Of a stretch of DNA of 64,000 bases, positions 31,190 to 41,660 are shown in pieces. Source of the stretch: Candidatus Krumholzibacteriota bacterium (GTDB taxonomy: Bacteria; Krumholzibacteriota; Krumholzibacteriia; JAJRXK01). The notes under the pieces are model-generated. The model was not told the origin of the DNA. It made no database searches and saw only the letters and a program-made list of their open reading frames with translations. The stretch lies in contig CAVSGG010000017.1 in assembly GCA_963727455.1 (NCBI GenBank), positions 198,211 through 262,210 on the forward strand, read 5' to 3'. Numbering within the stretch: position 1 is the stretch's first letter; each line of letters starts with the position of its first letter. The position numbers and the translations under genes were made by a program.

Positions 31190-32338
31190 ATGGCCGAAGT
31201 GATCCTGCAAAACTTGGAGAAGCAATTTCCCGATGGAACTGTCGCCCTGCAGGCGCTCGATTTGGACGTTCACGACGGGGAACTCCTGGTCGTACTGGGC
31301 CCCTCTGGTTCGGGAAAATCCACTCTGCTGAAACTTTTGGCCGGACTGGAACAGCCCAGCTCGGGAGAGATTCTTCTCGACGGCCGTTCGGTGGTGGGAA
31401 CCACGCCGCGCGAACGGAACATCGCCATGGTATTCCAGAACTATGCGCTCTATCCCCACATGTCGGTGCAGGAGAACTTGGAGTTTCCCCTGAAGATGGG
31501 GAATCTGCCGCGTGAGGAACGAAGATCGCAGGTCGAGGAGACGGCGCGCCGCCTGGGACTTCTCCCGCTGCTAAAGAAGAAGCCGCGCCAGCTCAGTGGA
31601 GGACAGGCCCAACGGGTGGCCATGGGGCGGGCCATCGTACGCGACCCCGCGCTGTTTCTGATGGATGAACCGCTCTCCAATCTGGACGCGAAGCTGCGTG
31701 TGGAGATTCGTTCGGTGATCACCCAGCTGCAACGGGAATTGAAAACCACAACCGTATACGTGACACACGACCAGGTCGAAGCGTTGACCATCGGCCAGCG
31801 CGTGGCCCTGTTGCGCGGCGGCAAGCTGCAGCAGCTTGACGCGCCCCAAGTTCTCTACGACGAGCCTTCCAGTCTTTTCGTGGCGGGTTTCCTGGGCAAT
31901 CCCCCCATGAACCTCTTTCGGGCCGAGCTCAGCGGAGAGCCTGATCATGCGCACCTTCGTTTGGGCTCGAACACGGTGCTCCTTGCCGAAAATGGTGGCC
32001 CAAGGGTGGCCGAGAGTCACCCCGCATACGCTGGCCTTCGCCCCGAGAGCTTTGCCTGGACAGAGGAGCGGCCTCAATGGCCGCGCATCGAAGCGCGTAT
32101 CCGTGCGGTCGAAGTGTTGGGGCACGAACAGCTCGCGCATCTGGATGTGGCGGTTGCCGCGCTCGATCCCGAATCCGTCGATCGCGGAGAGCCGCCACGT
32201 TGCCTGCCCGAAGCGGAGAGTGGACTCATCGCGCGTGTTTCGAGCCGCTACGCCATCGCGGCAGAGAGCTCGATTTCCCTGGCGTTGGATCCGGAGGGTT
32301 TCCATTGGTTCGATGCCCGCGGCAAAGCGATGCGTTGA
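31190..32338 (+). CDS. Sugar ABC transporter ATP-binding protein (MalK/UgpC family)
   Basis: GPSGSGKS, FQNYALYPHM, LSGGQ, MDEPLSNLDAKLR; ATG at 31190. Confidence 0.93.
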   Translation: MAEVILQNLEKQFPDGTVALQALDLDVHDGELLVVLGPSGSGKSTLLKLLAGLEQPSSGEILLDGRSVVGTTPRERNIAMVFQNYALYPHMSVQENLEFPLKMGNLPREERRSQVEETARRLGLLPLLKKKPRQLSGGQAQRVAMGRAIVRDPALFLMDEPLSNLDAKLRVEIRSVITQLQRELKTTTVYVTHDQVEALTIGQRVALLRGGKLQQLDAPQVLYDEPSSLFVAGFLGNPPMNLFRAELSGEPDHAHLRLGSNTVLLAENGGPRVAESHPAYAGLRPESFAWTEERPQWPRIEARIRAVEVLGHEQLAHLDVAVAALDPESVDRGEPPRCLPEAESGLIARVSSRYAIAAESSISLALDPEGFHWFDARGKAMR

Positions 32339-32465
32339 GAACCGGGCACGAAACAGGGAACCTCTCCGCATGAGATGGTGGCGGTTGGATGAGTCGGTTG
32401 TTCTTGCTTGATTCGTGTCGGACATCCTACAATGAGTTGCGCCCCTGATCGTGTGGGAGGTGCCC

Positions 32466-33326
32466 ATGCGCTCAACTTTCCTCGCGCTGACGCTGTTTCT
32501 CGGCCTGGTGTCGTCGGCTGCGCCGGTGCGTGCCCAATCCGTCTGGTTGAATCCGGAGCGAGCAAACGGCTTCACACTGGAATTCGCCAAGTTGACCCGG
32601 GCGATCAGTGCCAACTCCTATGACTTCGATTCCATAGCGATTCTTCTCGACACCAAGTTTCGTCTCACGGACGAATCCTGGTTGGTGGGCGATCTTCCCT
32701 TCGTGCACGTCCAGGGGCATCCCTATGTCATCGACGCGCTCGGGTATCCGCCGATCGACGGCAACCCGCCGCAGAACACTCTCCCGGTCGAAAATACCCT
32801 GGGCAATCCGTATTTTGGGATCCGGCACAGCTTCTACGGAATTCTCAAAGCGATGGAACTCGGGCTCACTTTTCCCGTGGTCGACGAGAGCAAGGATGTT
32901 GCGATCGGCTACGGGACTGCGATCGACGTGGATCGCTACGGCTCGTTCATTCCACACCTGATGACGATGAGACTCATGGGAGAACTTTCGGGAGGGCAGG
33001 ATTCCCAATTCTGGCGCCTGCGGGTCGGACCCGATCTGCTCGTTCCCACTGGCAATGACAAAGGACCGGTGAACCTATTGCTACACGCAGGTGTGCAGAG
33101 CGGAGTCGAGTCGGAGCATCTCCGGACCTGGGTGGGGCTGAACAGCGTGTCGGTGCTGAGTAAGGGTTCCTTTCTCGCCTACGGCGACAAGACATCGATC
33201 CAGATCGCTGCGGGCGCGAATTTCCATCTCCAGGGGGCTGATCCGGGGGTCCTGGTGGCTTTGACAGAAATCGGCAACGAGGTGACGCTGGTCTACGGCT
33301 TGAACCTCACGCTCGGCTTGCCCTAG
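32466..33326 (+). CDS. Hypothetical exported protein, probable outer-membrane beta-barrel
   Basis: GGAGG RBS, signal peptide (VRA-Q), LGNPYFG motif, alternating hydrophobic strands. Confidence 0.6.
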   Translation: MRSTFLALTLFLGLVSSAAPVRAQSVWLNPERANGFTLEFAKLTRAISANSYDFDSIAILLDTKFRLTDESWLVGDLPFVHVQGHPYVIDALGYPPIDGNPPQNTLPVENTLGNPYFGIRHSFYGILKAMELGLTFPVVDESKDVAIGYGTAIDVDRYGSFIPHLMTMRLMGELSGGQDSQFWRLRVGPDLLVPTGNDKGPVNLLLHAGVQSGVESEHLRTWVGLNSVSVLSKGSFLAYGDKTSIQIAAGANFHLQGADPGVLVALTEIGNEVTLVYGLNLTLGLP

Positions 33327-33470
33327 GGGAGTTTGCGACCCACTTCTATCCGCATCCAACCAATCCGCCAAACGGCCACGACAGTGCAGGCTAGCGCTTG
33401 GCTCCATCGTCGGCTTGCCCTTACACTGAACTCTCTCTTTCTCACGCTTCAGGTCTTAAGGAGATCGTTT

Positions 33471-36131
33471 ATGTCGCTCGAGCCCGGTATGCGTCTAGGT
33501 CCCTACGAAATCGTCGAGCCACTGGGCGCCGGTGGCATGGGCGAAGTCTATCGCGCCCGTGATACTCGGCTCGATCGGCAGGTGGCCATCAAAGTTCTTT
33601 CGGGGCATCTCTCGGCCAACCCGATGCTCAAAGAGCGCTTCGATCGCGAGGCGCGCGCGATTTCCTCACTTTCTCACCCGCACATTTGCTCGCTCTACGA
33701 CGTGGGCCATCAGGATGAGGTGGACTACCTCGTCATGGAGTACCTGGAAGGGGAGAGTTTGGCCGACCGGATCAAGCAAGGCCCGCTGCCGCCGGAGCAG
33801 GTGATCAACCTGGGAGCGGAGACCGCGCAGGCGCTGTCCGCTGCGCATCGCGCGGGCGTGGTGCACCGCGATCTGAAACCGGGCAACATCATGCTCACCC
33901 GCGAGGGCGTCAAGCTGCTCGATTTCGGTCTGGCCAAGATGGGAGTCGAACCTCAGGTCAGCGATTCTTCTCTGACCGTGCCCATCAGCTCGCGGCACAC
34001 CGGTGATCCTCTCACGGTGGAGGGGACGATTCTGGGCACCTATCAGTACATGGCGCCCGAGCAAGTGGAGGGAAAGGAGGCCGACGCTCGCACCGACATC
34101 TTTGCGTTGGGTGCCGTGCTCTACGAGATGGCCACTGGACGTCCGGCTTTCAGCGGGGGCAGCCAGGCTTCGTTGATTGCTTCCATCATAAAAGATCAAC
34201 CGGCTCCGATCTCGAGTATCCAGGAGATGACGCCCCCGGCGTTGGATCGAGTCGTTCGCGTCTGCATGGAGAAGGACCCCGAGCAGCGCTGGCAAACTGC
34301 ACAAGACGTGGCGCTTCAGCTGAGCTGGATCGCCGAAGGTGGATCGGCCGCTGGAGTGCCGCGCCCGGTGACGCATCGCCGCAAGAGTCGCGAGCGGATG
34401 GCCTGGATTGCGACAGGGATTCTGGCCGTAGCGCTCCTGGCGGTGGCGGCCCATGATTTTTCGCGTCCGAAACCCGAGGCGCCGCGTACCGTTCGCTTTC
34501 GCATTCCCGCACCAGCGGGGATCATGAGCGCGGACGTGCCCAAACTTTCCCCCGACGGACGCATCGTGGCCTTCAACGCGACCGACTCTCTTGGAACCAT
34601 CAGGGTCTGGATCCAGCCGCTCGATGCTCTGACGGCACATCCCCTGGCGGGTACCGAGGACGCGCGTCGCCCCTTCTGGTCACCTGACTCCAAGGAACTG
34701 GCGTTCTTCGCGGGCGATCAACTCAAGCGCGTCGGCGTGGAAGGTGGCACCGTTCGTGTGGTGTGCGACGGAGTGAACGGTGCCGACGGCAGTTGGAGCC
34801 AGGAGGGTGTGATTCTTTTCGACGGGTCTGCCGGCGATTCCATTCGCAGCGTGCCCGCTTCGGGTGGGGTTCCGCGCGGCGCTTCGACGCTCGATCGCAA
34901 GGTGGGCCAAATGGAGCATGCCTGGCCGCACTTTTTGCCCGATGGCAAACACTACCTCTTCCAGGCGCAGTATGAGAATCGGACCGACAGTCTCTTCGTG
35001 GGCGAGCTGGGTTCGACCGAGACGAAACTTCTGGGTCCCGCCGCTTCACTCATGGGGTATTCCGATCCCGGCTACGTGCTGTGGGTGCAGGATGGGGCCC
35101 TTCGTGCGCAACGTTTGAACCTCAAGAAACTCGAACTGGAAGGGGAGCCCTTCCCCGTCACCACGCAGCTCAGCGTGGGAACCACTGGTTTGGCGAGCTT
35201 CTCGGCCTCGCGCTCGGGAGTCCTGGCCTACCGCAGTGGAGACACCGGTATGCGTCGCGCCGTCTGGGTAGATCGCACGGGCAAGAAGCTGCGCACCGTA
35301 GGCCCTCCGGGATACTACGCCCAACCGGACGTGGACCCCTCGGGGCATCGCATCGTACTCGAGCGCACGGATGGCGGGGCGGCAAAGCCGGATCTGTGGA
35401 TTCTCGACGACAGCCGCGACGTGAGCACGCGCCTCACCTACGACCTTGGATCGGACACCGCTCCCGTCTGGTCCGCCGACGGCAAACAGATCGTTTTCGA
35501 TTCGGATCGAAGTGGTCAGGAAGATCTTTATTTGAAGAATGCCGACGGATCGGGACAGACCATCCCGGTGTGGCAAGACAGCACCCTCAAGTTTGTCACC
35601 GACTGGTCACGCGATGGCAAGACACTCCTGGTGCAGCGCCGCATGCCGGGCAGCTCCTGGGACGTCTGGTCCTGGTCACTGCAGGACAACTCGGGAGCGC
35701 AACCGGTGGTTGCCACGAAAGACCTGGAGGGGCAAGCACGATTCTCCCCCGACGGGAATTGGATTGCGTACGTCGCGCGCGTGGACGATCAGCTACAGAT
35801 CTATGTGCGATCCGCTTCCGCACGAGGGGGAAAGTGGCAGGTCTCCCTGGAGGAAGGGAGCGAGCCCGAATGGCGGGGCGATGGGAAGGAGCTGTATTTC
35901 CTCGCCCTGGATCGCCGATTGATGGCGGTGGACATCGACACCTCATCGGGCTTTCGCGCTGGCACCCCACACGCGCTCTTCCGCGCCAACGTGTCCGGCA
36001 ACTACGTAACGCGCAATCGCTATCGCGCCGCGAAGGACGGTCAAAGTTTCCTCTTGCTCGCCGCGGATAGCGGTAAGGTGCCGCCCATCACCGTGGTACT
36101 CAACTGGACGGCGGAGATCGAACAGCAGTGA
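33471..36131 (+). CDS. Membrane Ser/Thr protein kinase with TolB/PD40 beta-propellers
   Basis: AAGGAG RBS, ATG 33471; GAGGMGEVY, HRDLKPGN, YMAPE; TM segment; SPDG/WS.DG repeats; C-terminal ITVVLNW. Confidence 0.93.
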   Translation: MSLEPGMRLGPYEIVEPLGAGGMGEVYRARDTRLDRQVAIKVLSGHLSANPMLKERFDREARAISSLSHPHICSLYDVGHQDEVDYLVMEYLEGESLADRIKQGPLPPEQVINLGAETAQALSAAHRAGVVHRDLKPGNIMLTREGVKLLDFGLAKMGVEPQVSDSSLTVPISSRHTGDPLTVEGTILGTYQYMAPEQVEGKEADARTDIFALGAVLYEMATGRPAFSGGSQASLIASIIKDQPAPISSIQEMTPPALDRVVRVCMEKDPEQRWQTAQDVALQLSWIAEGGSAAGVPRPVTHRRKSRERMAWIATGILAVALLAVAAHDFSRPKPEAPRTVRFRIPAPAGIMSADVPKLSPDGRIVAFNATDSLGTIRVWIQPLDALTAHPLAGTEDARRPFWSPDSKELAFFAGDQLKRVGVEGGTVRVVCDGVNGADGSWSQEGVILFDGSAGDSIRSVPASGGVPRGASTLDRKVGQMEHAWPHFLPDGKHYLFQAQYENRTDSLFVGELGSTETKLLGPAASLMGYSDPGYVLWVQDGALRAQRLNLKKLELEGEPFPVTTQLSVGTTGLASFSASRSGVLAYRSGDTGMRRAVWVDRTGKKLRTVGPPGYYAQPDVDPSGHRIVLERTDGGAAKPDLWILDDSRDVSTRLTYDLGSDTAPVWSADGKQIVFDSDRSGQEDLYLKNADGSGQTIPVWQDSTLKFVTDWSRDGKTLLVQRRMPGSSWDVWSWSLQDNSGAQPVVATKDLEGQARFSPDGNWIAYVARVDDQLQIYVRSASARGGKWQVSLEEGSEPEWRGDGKELYFLALDRRLMAVDIDTSSGFRAGTPHALFRANVSGNYVTRNRYRAAKDGQSFLLLAADSGKVPPITVVLNWTAEIEQQ

Positions 36132-36308
36132 GAAATATCTCAGGACCTGAATCCCCTCAATAGAGCAGGCTGCCCAGGGCCTTTCCCAGCCGCTCCGATC
36201 GCGCCCTAATGACGAGTTCCGTACGTTTGCGGACCTCTCCCGCGCCACACTGGACCCGGAGCGAAGGGATGGATAGAATCGCGCTCCCCGGCGGAAGGAT
36301 CCCCGAAA

Positions 36309-37424
36309 TTGAGTGAGTCAACGCGACAGCGGTCTGTCCCGGGCACGGGTAGGCTCGTGCTTCAGGACGGAAGCGAGTTTCGCGGCGAGGTTTTCGGTTC
36401 TGCGCGCGCCAGCGCGGGCGAGGTGGTATTTCAAACCGGAATGGTGGGCTATCCCGAGTCGCTCACGGACCCCTCGTACCGGAGACAGATCCTCGTCACT
36501 ACCTATCCTCTCATCGGAAATTACGGCGTCCCCGCGCGCGCCGCGGAGGATCCCCTGTGCCCGGGCTTCGAATCGCAGCGGATTCAGGTGAGCGGCTTGA
36601 TCGTGGCGCGGCATTCACGCGATTTCTCCCACTGGAACGCTGCAAGCTCGCTCTCGTCATGGTTGGCCGAAGAAGGAGTGGTGGCTCTATCCGGGGTGGA
36701 CACACGCGCCCTGACGCAACGGCTTCGGGAAGCGGGAACCATGGCCGGCAAGATCTTGGTGGATGTGGTAGGCGATGAATCGAGAGTGGACGAGGAAACT
36801 TCCTTCGAGGACATCAATCGGCGCAATCTGGTGGCCGAAGTGAGTGTGAAGGAGCCGGTTCTCTACGGGAGTGGACGACGGCGTGTGGTGCTCGTGGACT
36901 GCGGAGTGAAGTTGAGCATCATTCGCAGCCTCGTCGACCGCGGTTTGAGCGTGCTGCGTGTGCCCTGGGATCACGACCTGGAGAGCGAAGATGGCGATGC
37001 GATCTTCGTATCCAACGGCCCCGGTAATCCCAAGATGGCCGCTGCGACCATCGAGAATCTGCGGCGCGCGTTGCGAGGTTCTCGCCCAATCTTCGGTGTT
37101 TGCCTGGGCAACCAGCTTCTCGCGCTCGCGGCCGGTTGCGATACCTACAAGCTCAAGTTCGGACACCGCTCGCAAAATCAACCGGCCAAGGAAGCCGATG
37201 GCCCGCGCTGCTACGTCACCTCGCAGAACCATGGCTTTGCTGTCGACGGGAAGAGCTTGCCCGAGGATTGGGAAGAGTGGCTGGTAAACGCCAACGACGG
37301 GAGCAACGAAGGAATTCGTCACCGCGAAAGACCTTTCTGGGCCGTGCAGTTTCATCCCGAGGCGAACCCAGGGCCGCTCGACACTTCGTTTCTCTTCGAT
37401 CGATTCGCGCAGGAGCTCCAATGA
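36309..37424 (+). CDS. carA: Carbamoyl-phosphate synthase small subunit
   Basis: GEVVFQTGMVGYPESLTDPSY, SNGPG, GVCLGNQ, SQNHGF, VQFHPE. Confidence 0.96.
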   Translation: MSESTRQRSVPGTGRLVLQDGSEFRGEVFGSARASAGEVVFQTGMVGYPESLTDPSYRRQILVTTYPLIGNYGVPARAAEDPLCPGFESQRIQVSGLIVARHSRDFSHWNAASSLSSWLAEEGVVALSGVDTRALTQRLREAGTMAGKILVDVVGDESRVDEETSFEDINRRNLVAEVSVKEPVLYGSGRRRVVLVDCGVKLSIIRSLVDRGLSVLRVPWDHDLESEDGDAIFVSNGPGNPKMAAATIENLRRALRGSRPIFGVCLGNQLLALAAGCDTYKLKFGHRSQNQPAKEADGPRCYVTSQNHGFAVDGKSLPEDWEEWLVNANDGSNEGIRHRERPFWAVQFHPEANPGPLDTSFLFDRFAQELQ

Positions 37425-40400
37425 GCGCGAGGCCCAAGAAAGTTCTCATCCTGGGAAGCGGCGCCCTGAAGATCGGTGAGGCCGGCGAGTTCGATTACTC
37501 CGGTTCGCAGGCCATCAAAGCCCTGCGGGAAGAGGGAATCAGAACCGTTCTGGTCAATCCCAACATCGCGACCATCCAGACATCCGAAGATCTTGCCGAC
37601 GAAGTCTACTTTCTGCCGGTGGATGCGGACTTCGTGCAGAAGGTCATCGAGAAGGAGGAGCCCGATGCGGTTCTTCTGGCCTTCGGCGGACAGACCGCTC
37701 TCAATTGCGGAATCGAATTGGAGGATCGCGGTGTCTTCGAGCGGAACGGAATCGAAGTACTGGGCACTCCTCTAAAGACGATCCGGGTCACCGAAGACCG
37801 CGATCGTTTCGCACAGACCCTGCGCACCCTAGGAATGGACACCCCGCGCAGCCGCGCCGTGAACACCGTAGAGGATGCGCTCGCCGCCGCGGCAGAGATC
37901 GGCTACCCGGTCATGGTACGCGTCGCCTACGCCCTGGGTGGAAAGGGCTCCGGCGTCGTCCGCGATGAGGAAGCGCTGGAAGAAATGACGCGCCAGGCGT
38001 TCACCGCGGCGCCGCAGCTTCTGGTGGAGGAGTATCTGGAGGGGTGGAAGGAGATCGAGTACGAAGTCGTGCGCGACAGCTTCGATAACTGCATCACGGT
38101 GTGTAACATGGAGAATCTGGATGCGCTCGGCATCCACACCGGCGAGAGTATCGTTGTCGCGCCTTCCCAGACGCTCAGCGACCACGACTATCACCGCCTG
38201 CGTAGCATTTCGATCGAGCTGATTCGACATTTAGGAGTGGTGGGGGAGTGCAATGTGCAGTTTGCCTTGCATCCGGCGCACGACGATTACCGCATCATCG
38301 AGGTGAACGCGCGCCTCTCGCGCAGCTCGGCTCTGGCATCCAAGGCAACGGGATACCCCCTGGCCTTCGTTGCAGCCAAGCTGGCATTGGGAAAATCGTT
38401 GACCGAGGTTCCCAACTCCATCACCCGCGTCACATCGAGTTGCTTCGAACCCGCGCTGGATTACGTCGTCATCAAGATGCCAAGGTGGGATCTCAAGAAG
38501 TTCCGGCGCGTTTCCCACGAGCTGGGTAGTGAGATGAAAAGCGTGGGCGAGGTCATGGCGATCGGACGCAGCTTCGAAGAGGCGCTGCAGAAAGCCTGCC
38601 GGATGCTCGGTACGGGGGCGCACGGCCTGGTCAGCAATCGTATCGCCTTCGAGGACCTCGAGGAGGCGCTTCTCCATCCCACGGAAAACCGCATTTTCGC
38701 GATTGCGGAAGCACTCTACGCCGGCATCGATCCCGAGCGCATTCACGAGCTCACTCGCATCACTCCATGGTTCATCAGCCGGATTCGCGAGATCGTGAAT
38801 ACCGCGCGCAAGATTGGAGAGTATGAGCTGAGGGAATTGCCGGCGGAGCTGTTGCGGCAAGCCAAGCAAGAAGGTTTCTCCGACAACCAGATCGCGCGAC
38901 TTCTGCGCCGCGACGAAGCTCTTGAATCCGGCTACAGCGGTAACCTGGAAGTGCGCCGCCTTCGACAAAAGCTGGGGATTCGCCCGGTGGTGAAGCAGAT
39001 CGATACTCTCGCCGCCGAATATCCAGCGCGGACGAACTACATGTATCTCACGTACAACGGCACGAAGGACGATCTCCCTGCTTCGGGTGAAGCCCCTTAT
39101 CTGGTACTCGGCGGTGGGGCATATCGCATCGGATCCTCGGTAGAGTTCGACTGGTGTTGCGTGAACGCGGCCCAGACCCTGAAGCGTTGCGGGCACTCCG
39201 CGGTCATGATCAATTACAATCCCGAGACGGTTTCCACCGACTACGACACCTGTGATCGTCTCTACTTCGAGGAACTCTCACTGGAGCGGGTTCTGGACAT
39301 CTGCGAGAAGGAAAATCCGCGCGGTGTCATCATCAGCATGGGTGGGCAGATTCCCAACAAGTTGGCCGTCCCCTTGAGCGAAGCGGGAATCACCGTGCTG
39401 GGAACCTCACCGACCGACATCGATCGGGCCGAAAACCGGCAACTTTTCTCATCGTTGCTGGACGAGATGGGAGTCGATCAGCCGCGCTGGCAGGAGGCGA
39501 CTTCGTTGGGGGAGGCGCTGCAATTCGCACGGGCATCGGGCTACCCCGTGCTCGTGCGTCCCTCCTATGTGCTGAGTGGCGCGGCGATGAGCGTAGCCCA
39601 TGGAGATGCCGAACTCGAGGTGTACCTGGAGGCGGCGGCGGAAGTCTCGCGCGAGTTCCCGGTGGTCATCTCCAAGTTCATCATGAATGCGAAGGAGATC
39701 GAGCTGGATGGGGTGGCAAAAGATGGCGAGGTGATCTGCTACGCCATCAGCGAACACGTGGAAAATGCTGGGGTTCACTCCGGGGACGCAACGATGGTAT
39801 TCCCCTCGCAGCACCTCTATCACGAGACGGTGCGGCGCATCAAGAAGATATCACGGCGTATCGCACAGGAACTGAAGATCACCGGCCCCTTCAACATTCA
39901 GTTTCTCGCGCGCGAGAACAAACTGAAGGTGATCGAGTGCAATCTACGTGCATCGCGCAGCTTTCCCTTCGTATCGAAAATCCTGCGCGAGAACTTCATC
40001 GATTATGCAGTACGTTGCATGCTCGAAGAGCGAGTGGAAGCGCCCGCGAAATCCGCTTTCGAACTCGACTACGTCGGAGTGAAAGCACCGCAGTTCAGCT
40101 TCTCGCGTCTGAAGGGAGCCGATCCACTTTTGGGGGTGGAGATGGCCTCCACGGGAGAGGTCGCGTGTCTGGGAGATGACCTGCACGAGGCCTACCTGCG
40201 CGCCATGCTGGCGGTGGGATTTCGAATCCCGCGTAAGGGAGTGCTGCTCTCGACGGGAACGATCGGAGGGAAGGTCGCATTCCTGGAGAGCGCACGTCTC
40301 TTGCGTCAAGCAGGCCTCGGGCTCTACGCCACCCCAGGGACGCAGGAATTTTTGGCCGCCTACGGAGTGGATGCAAAGCTGCTGCATGCACCGCTCGAGG

Positions 40401-40639
40401 CCAAAGAACCCAGCGTAATCGACACAATTCGGGCAGGGGAGATCGATCTGGTGATCAACGTTCCCAAGAGCTTTCAGGCCGAAGAGCTCAACAACGATTA
40501 CCTCATCCGCCGGCAGGCCGTCGACTACGAGATTCCTCTGTTCACCAACATCCAGGCCGCCGTGCTCTTTGTGGCTGCGATCACGAATCCAGATCTGCAG
40601 CAGAAGGTTTCGATCAAGGCCTGGAGCGAATACCGCTGA
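37421..40639 (+). CDS. carB: Carbamoyl-phosphate synthase large subunit
   Basis: GEFDYSGSQAIKAL, two ATP-grasp halves, MGS domain; ATGA overlap with the carA stop places the start at 37421. Confidence 0.97.
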   Translation: MSARPKKVLILGSGALKIGEAGEFDYSGSQAIKALREEGIRTVLVNPNIATIQTSEDLADEVYFLPVDADFVQKVIEKEEPDAVLLAFGGQTALNCGIELEDRGVFERNGIEVLGTPLKTIRVTEDRDRFAQTLRTLGMDTPRSRAVNTVEDALAAAAEIGYPVMVRVAYALGGKGSGVVRDEEALEEMTRQAFTAAPQLLVEEYLEGWKEIEYEVVRDSFDNCITVCNMENLDALGIHTGESIVVAPSQTLSDHDYHRLRSISIELIRHLGVVGECNVQFALHPAHDDYRIIEVNARLSRSSALASKATGYPLAFVAAKLALGKSLTEVPNSITRVTSSCFEPALDYVVIKMPRWDLKKFRRVSHELGSEMKSVGEVMAIGRSFEEALQKACRMLGTGAHGLVSNRIAFEDLEEALLHPTENRIFAIAEALYAGIDPERIHELTRITPWFISRIREIVNTARKIGEYELRELPAELLRQAKQEGFSDNQIARLLRRDEALESGYSGNLEVRRLRQKLGIRPVVKQIDTLAAEYPARTNYMYLTYNGTKDDLPASGEAPYLVLGGGAYRIGSSVEFDWCCVNAAQTLKRCGHSAVMINYNPETVSTDYDTCDRLYFEELSLERVLDICEKENPRGVIISMGGQIPNKLAVPLSEAGITVLGTSPTDIDRAENRQLFSSLLDEMGVDQPRWQEATSLGEALQFARASGYPVLVRPSYVLSGAAMSVAHGDAELEVYLEAAAEVSREFPVVISKFIMNAKEIELDGVAKDGEVICYAISEHVENAGVHSGDATMVFPSQHLYHETVRRIKKISRRIAQELKITGPFNIQFLARENKLKVIECNLRASRSFPFVSKILRENFIDYAVRCMLEERVEAPAKSAFELDYVGVKAPQFSFSRLKGADPLLGVEMASTGEVACLGDDLHEAYLRAMLAVGFRIPRKGVLLSTGTIGGKVAFLESARLLRQAGLGLYATPGTQEFLAAYGVDAKLLHAPLEAKEPSVIDTIRAGEIDLVINVPKSFQAEELNNDYLIRRQAVDYEIPLFTNIQAAVLFVAAITNPDLQQKVSIKAWSEYR

Positions 40640-40652
40640 GTCCCGCTCGCGC

Positions 40653-41660
40653 TTAGAAACTCACCGATAGCGCAAGGGATCCGAAGGTGTCGGCGCCGTC
40701 TTGTCCCTTGAATTCAGTGCTACGCCATATCGTGGTGAAGTTTCCGTGGAAGGGACCGAGCGTCGCGGCCAGACCCGTCTGCAGGTCCACCACCAGGAGA
40801 CGTCTGTCCACACTGGGGCCCTGGAGCAGCGAGTTGCCGTCGAGGAAGATGTTGTGCAACACCGCGTCCGCTCCCGTACCCACGAAGAGATACCAGTGGA
40901 GTTTTCGTGAAGGGCGGAAAAGCCCCGCGAAGGAGTGGCCCGGACGCATCCCCACCGGCCCGTCGTCGAATCCCAGTTCATCGCCCAGTCTCAGCACTCC
41001 TCCGCCTGAGCCTTGCACGAGGACGTTGCCCAGCGCGAAGCCGGCATAGGGCCTGAGATCTGCTCGCAGAGTTCCCACCAGGGGCACGTCGACCCTCGCG
41101 GCTCGCGTGCGCCACTTCCTCTCCGCTGTCAGTAGAATGGCAAACTCGTCGGCCAGCTGATGGTCCCAACCTTCCGGCGGGGGCGTGCCGAACTGACGAT
41201 GCATCCAGCGCTGGATCTCCTTGCCATAGGCGTGCGGTCCCACGAGCCCCAGGGAGAACTCGAGAGTGTCGAGGTGCCTGCCGTCATCGCCCAAAAGTCC
41301 GGCGGATGCGTAGAGCCAGCCCGCGTAGGGTCGATCGGTGGCTGGGGGCACCGGCTCGAAGATCTTCTCCGGGGTGTAGATATTCTGGCCGAGGGCGAGG
41401 CCCGCGCGCAGCGACCCCGCATCATCGAGGAGTGGGAGAAATCGGGCGAGTTCGAGAGCAAGAGCAGGAACTCGATTTTCTCCGCTCAGATAGGCCAGAT
41501 GAAATCCATTGGTGTAGTGGCGATCGTCGTGTCCGGTAGTGAGGGCATCGTTGTCCCACTGGACGCTGAAGAGGCCAGAGCGCGCCACAGACGCCCCATG
41601 CGCGCTCCGTCCGCCGAGCAGCCAAAGACAGAGCGCGATATACAAGAGAAGACGACGCAC
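40653..41660 (-). CDS. Lipid A deacylase LpxR-family (DUF2219) outer membrane protein
   Basis: DND...DRHYTNG, GQNIYTP, DRPYAGWLY, GWDHQL, NIFLDGN and C-terminal Phe. Confidence 0.85.
   Translation of the reverse strand: MRRLLLYIALCLWLLGGRSAHGASVARSGLFSVQWDNDALTTGHDDRHYTNGFHLAYLSGENRVPALALELARFLPLLDDAGSLRAGLALGQNIYTPEKIFEPVPPATDRPYAGWLYASAGLLGDDGRHLDTLEFSLGLVGPHAYGKEIQRWMHRQFGTPPPEGWDHQLADEFAILLTAERKWRTRAARVDVPLVGTLRADLRPYAGFALGNVLVQGSGGGVLRLGDELGFDDGPVGMRPGHSFAGLFRPSRKLHWYLFVGTGADAVLHNIFLDGNSLLQGPSVDRRLLVVDLQTGLAATLGPFHGNFTTIWRSTEFKGQDGADTFGSLALSVSF

Noticed and set aside
37100-37420. 1179-aa carB with long N-terminal extension or carA-carB fusion
   Set aside because: The extension overlaps carA in another frame; the ATGA overlap at 37421 gives a normal two-gene arrangement.
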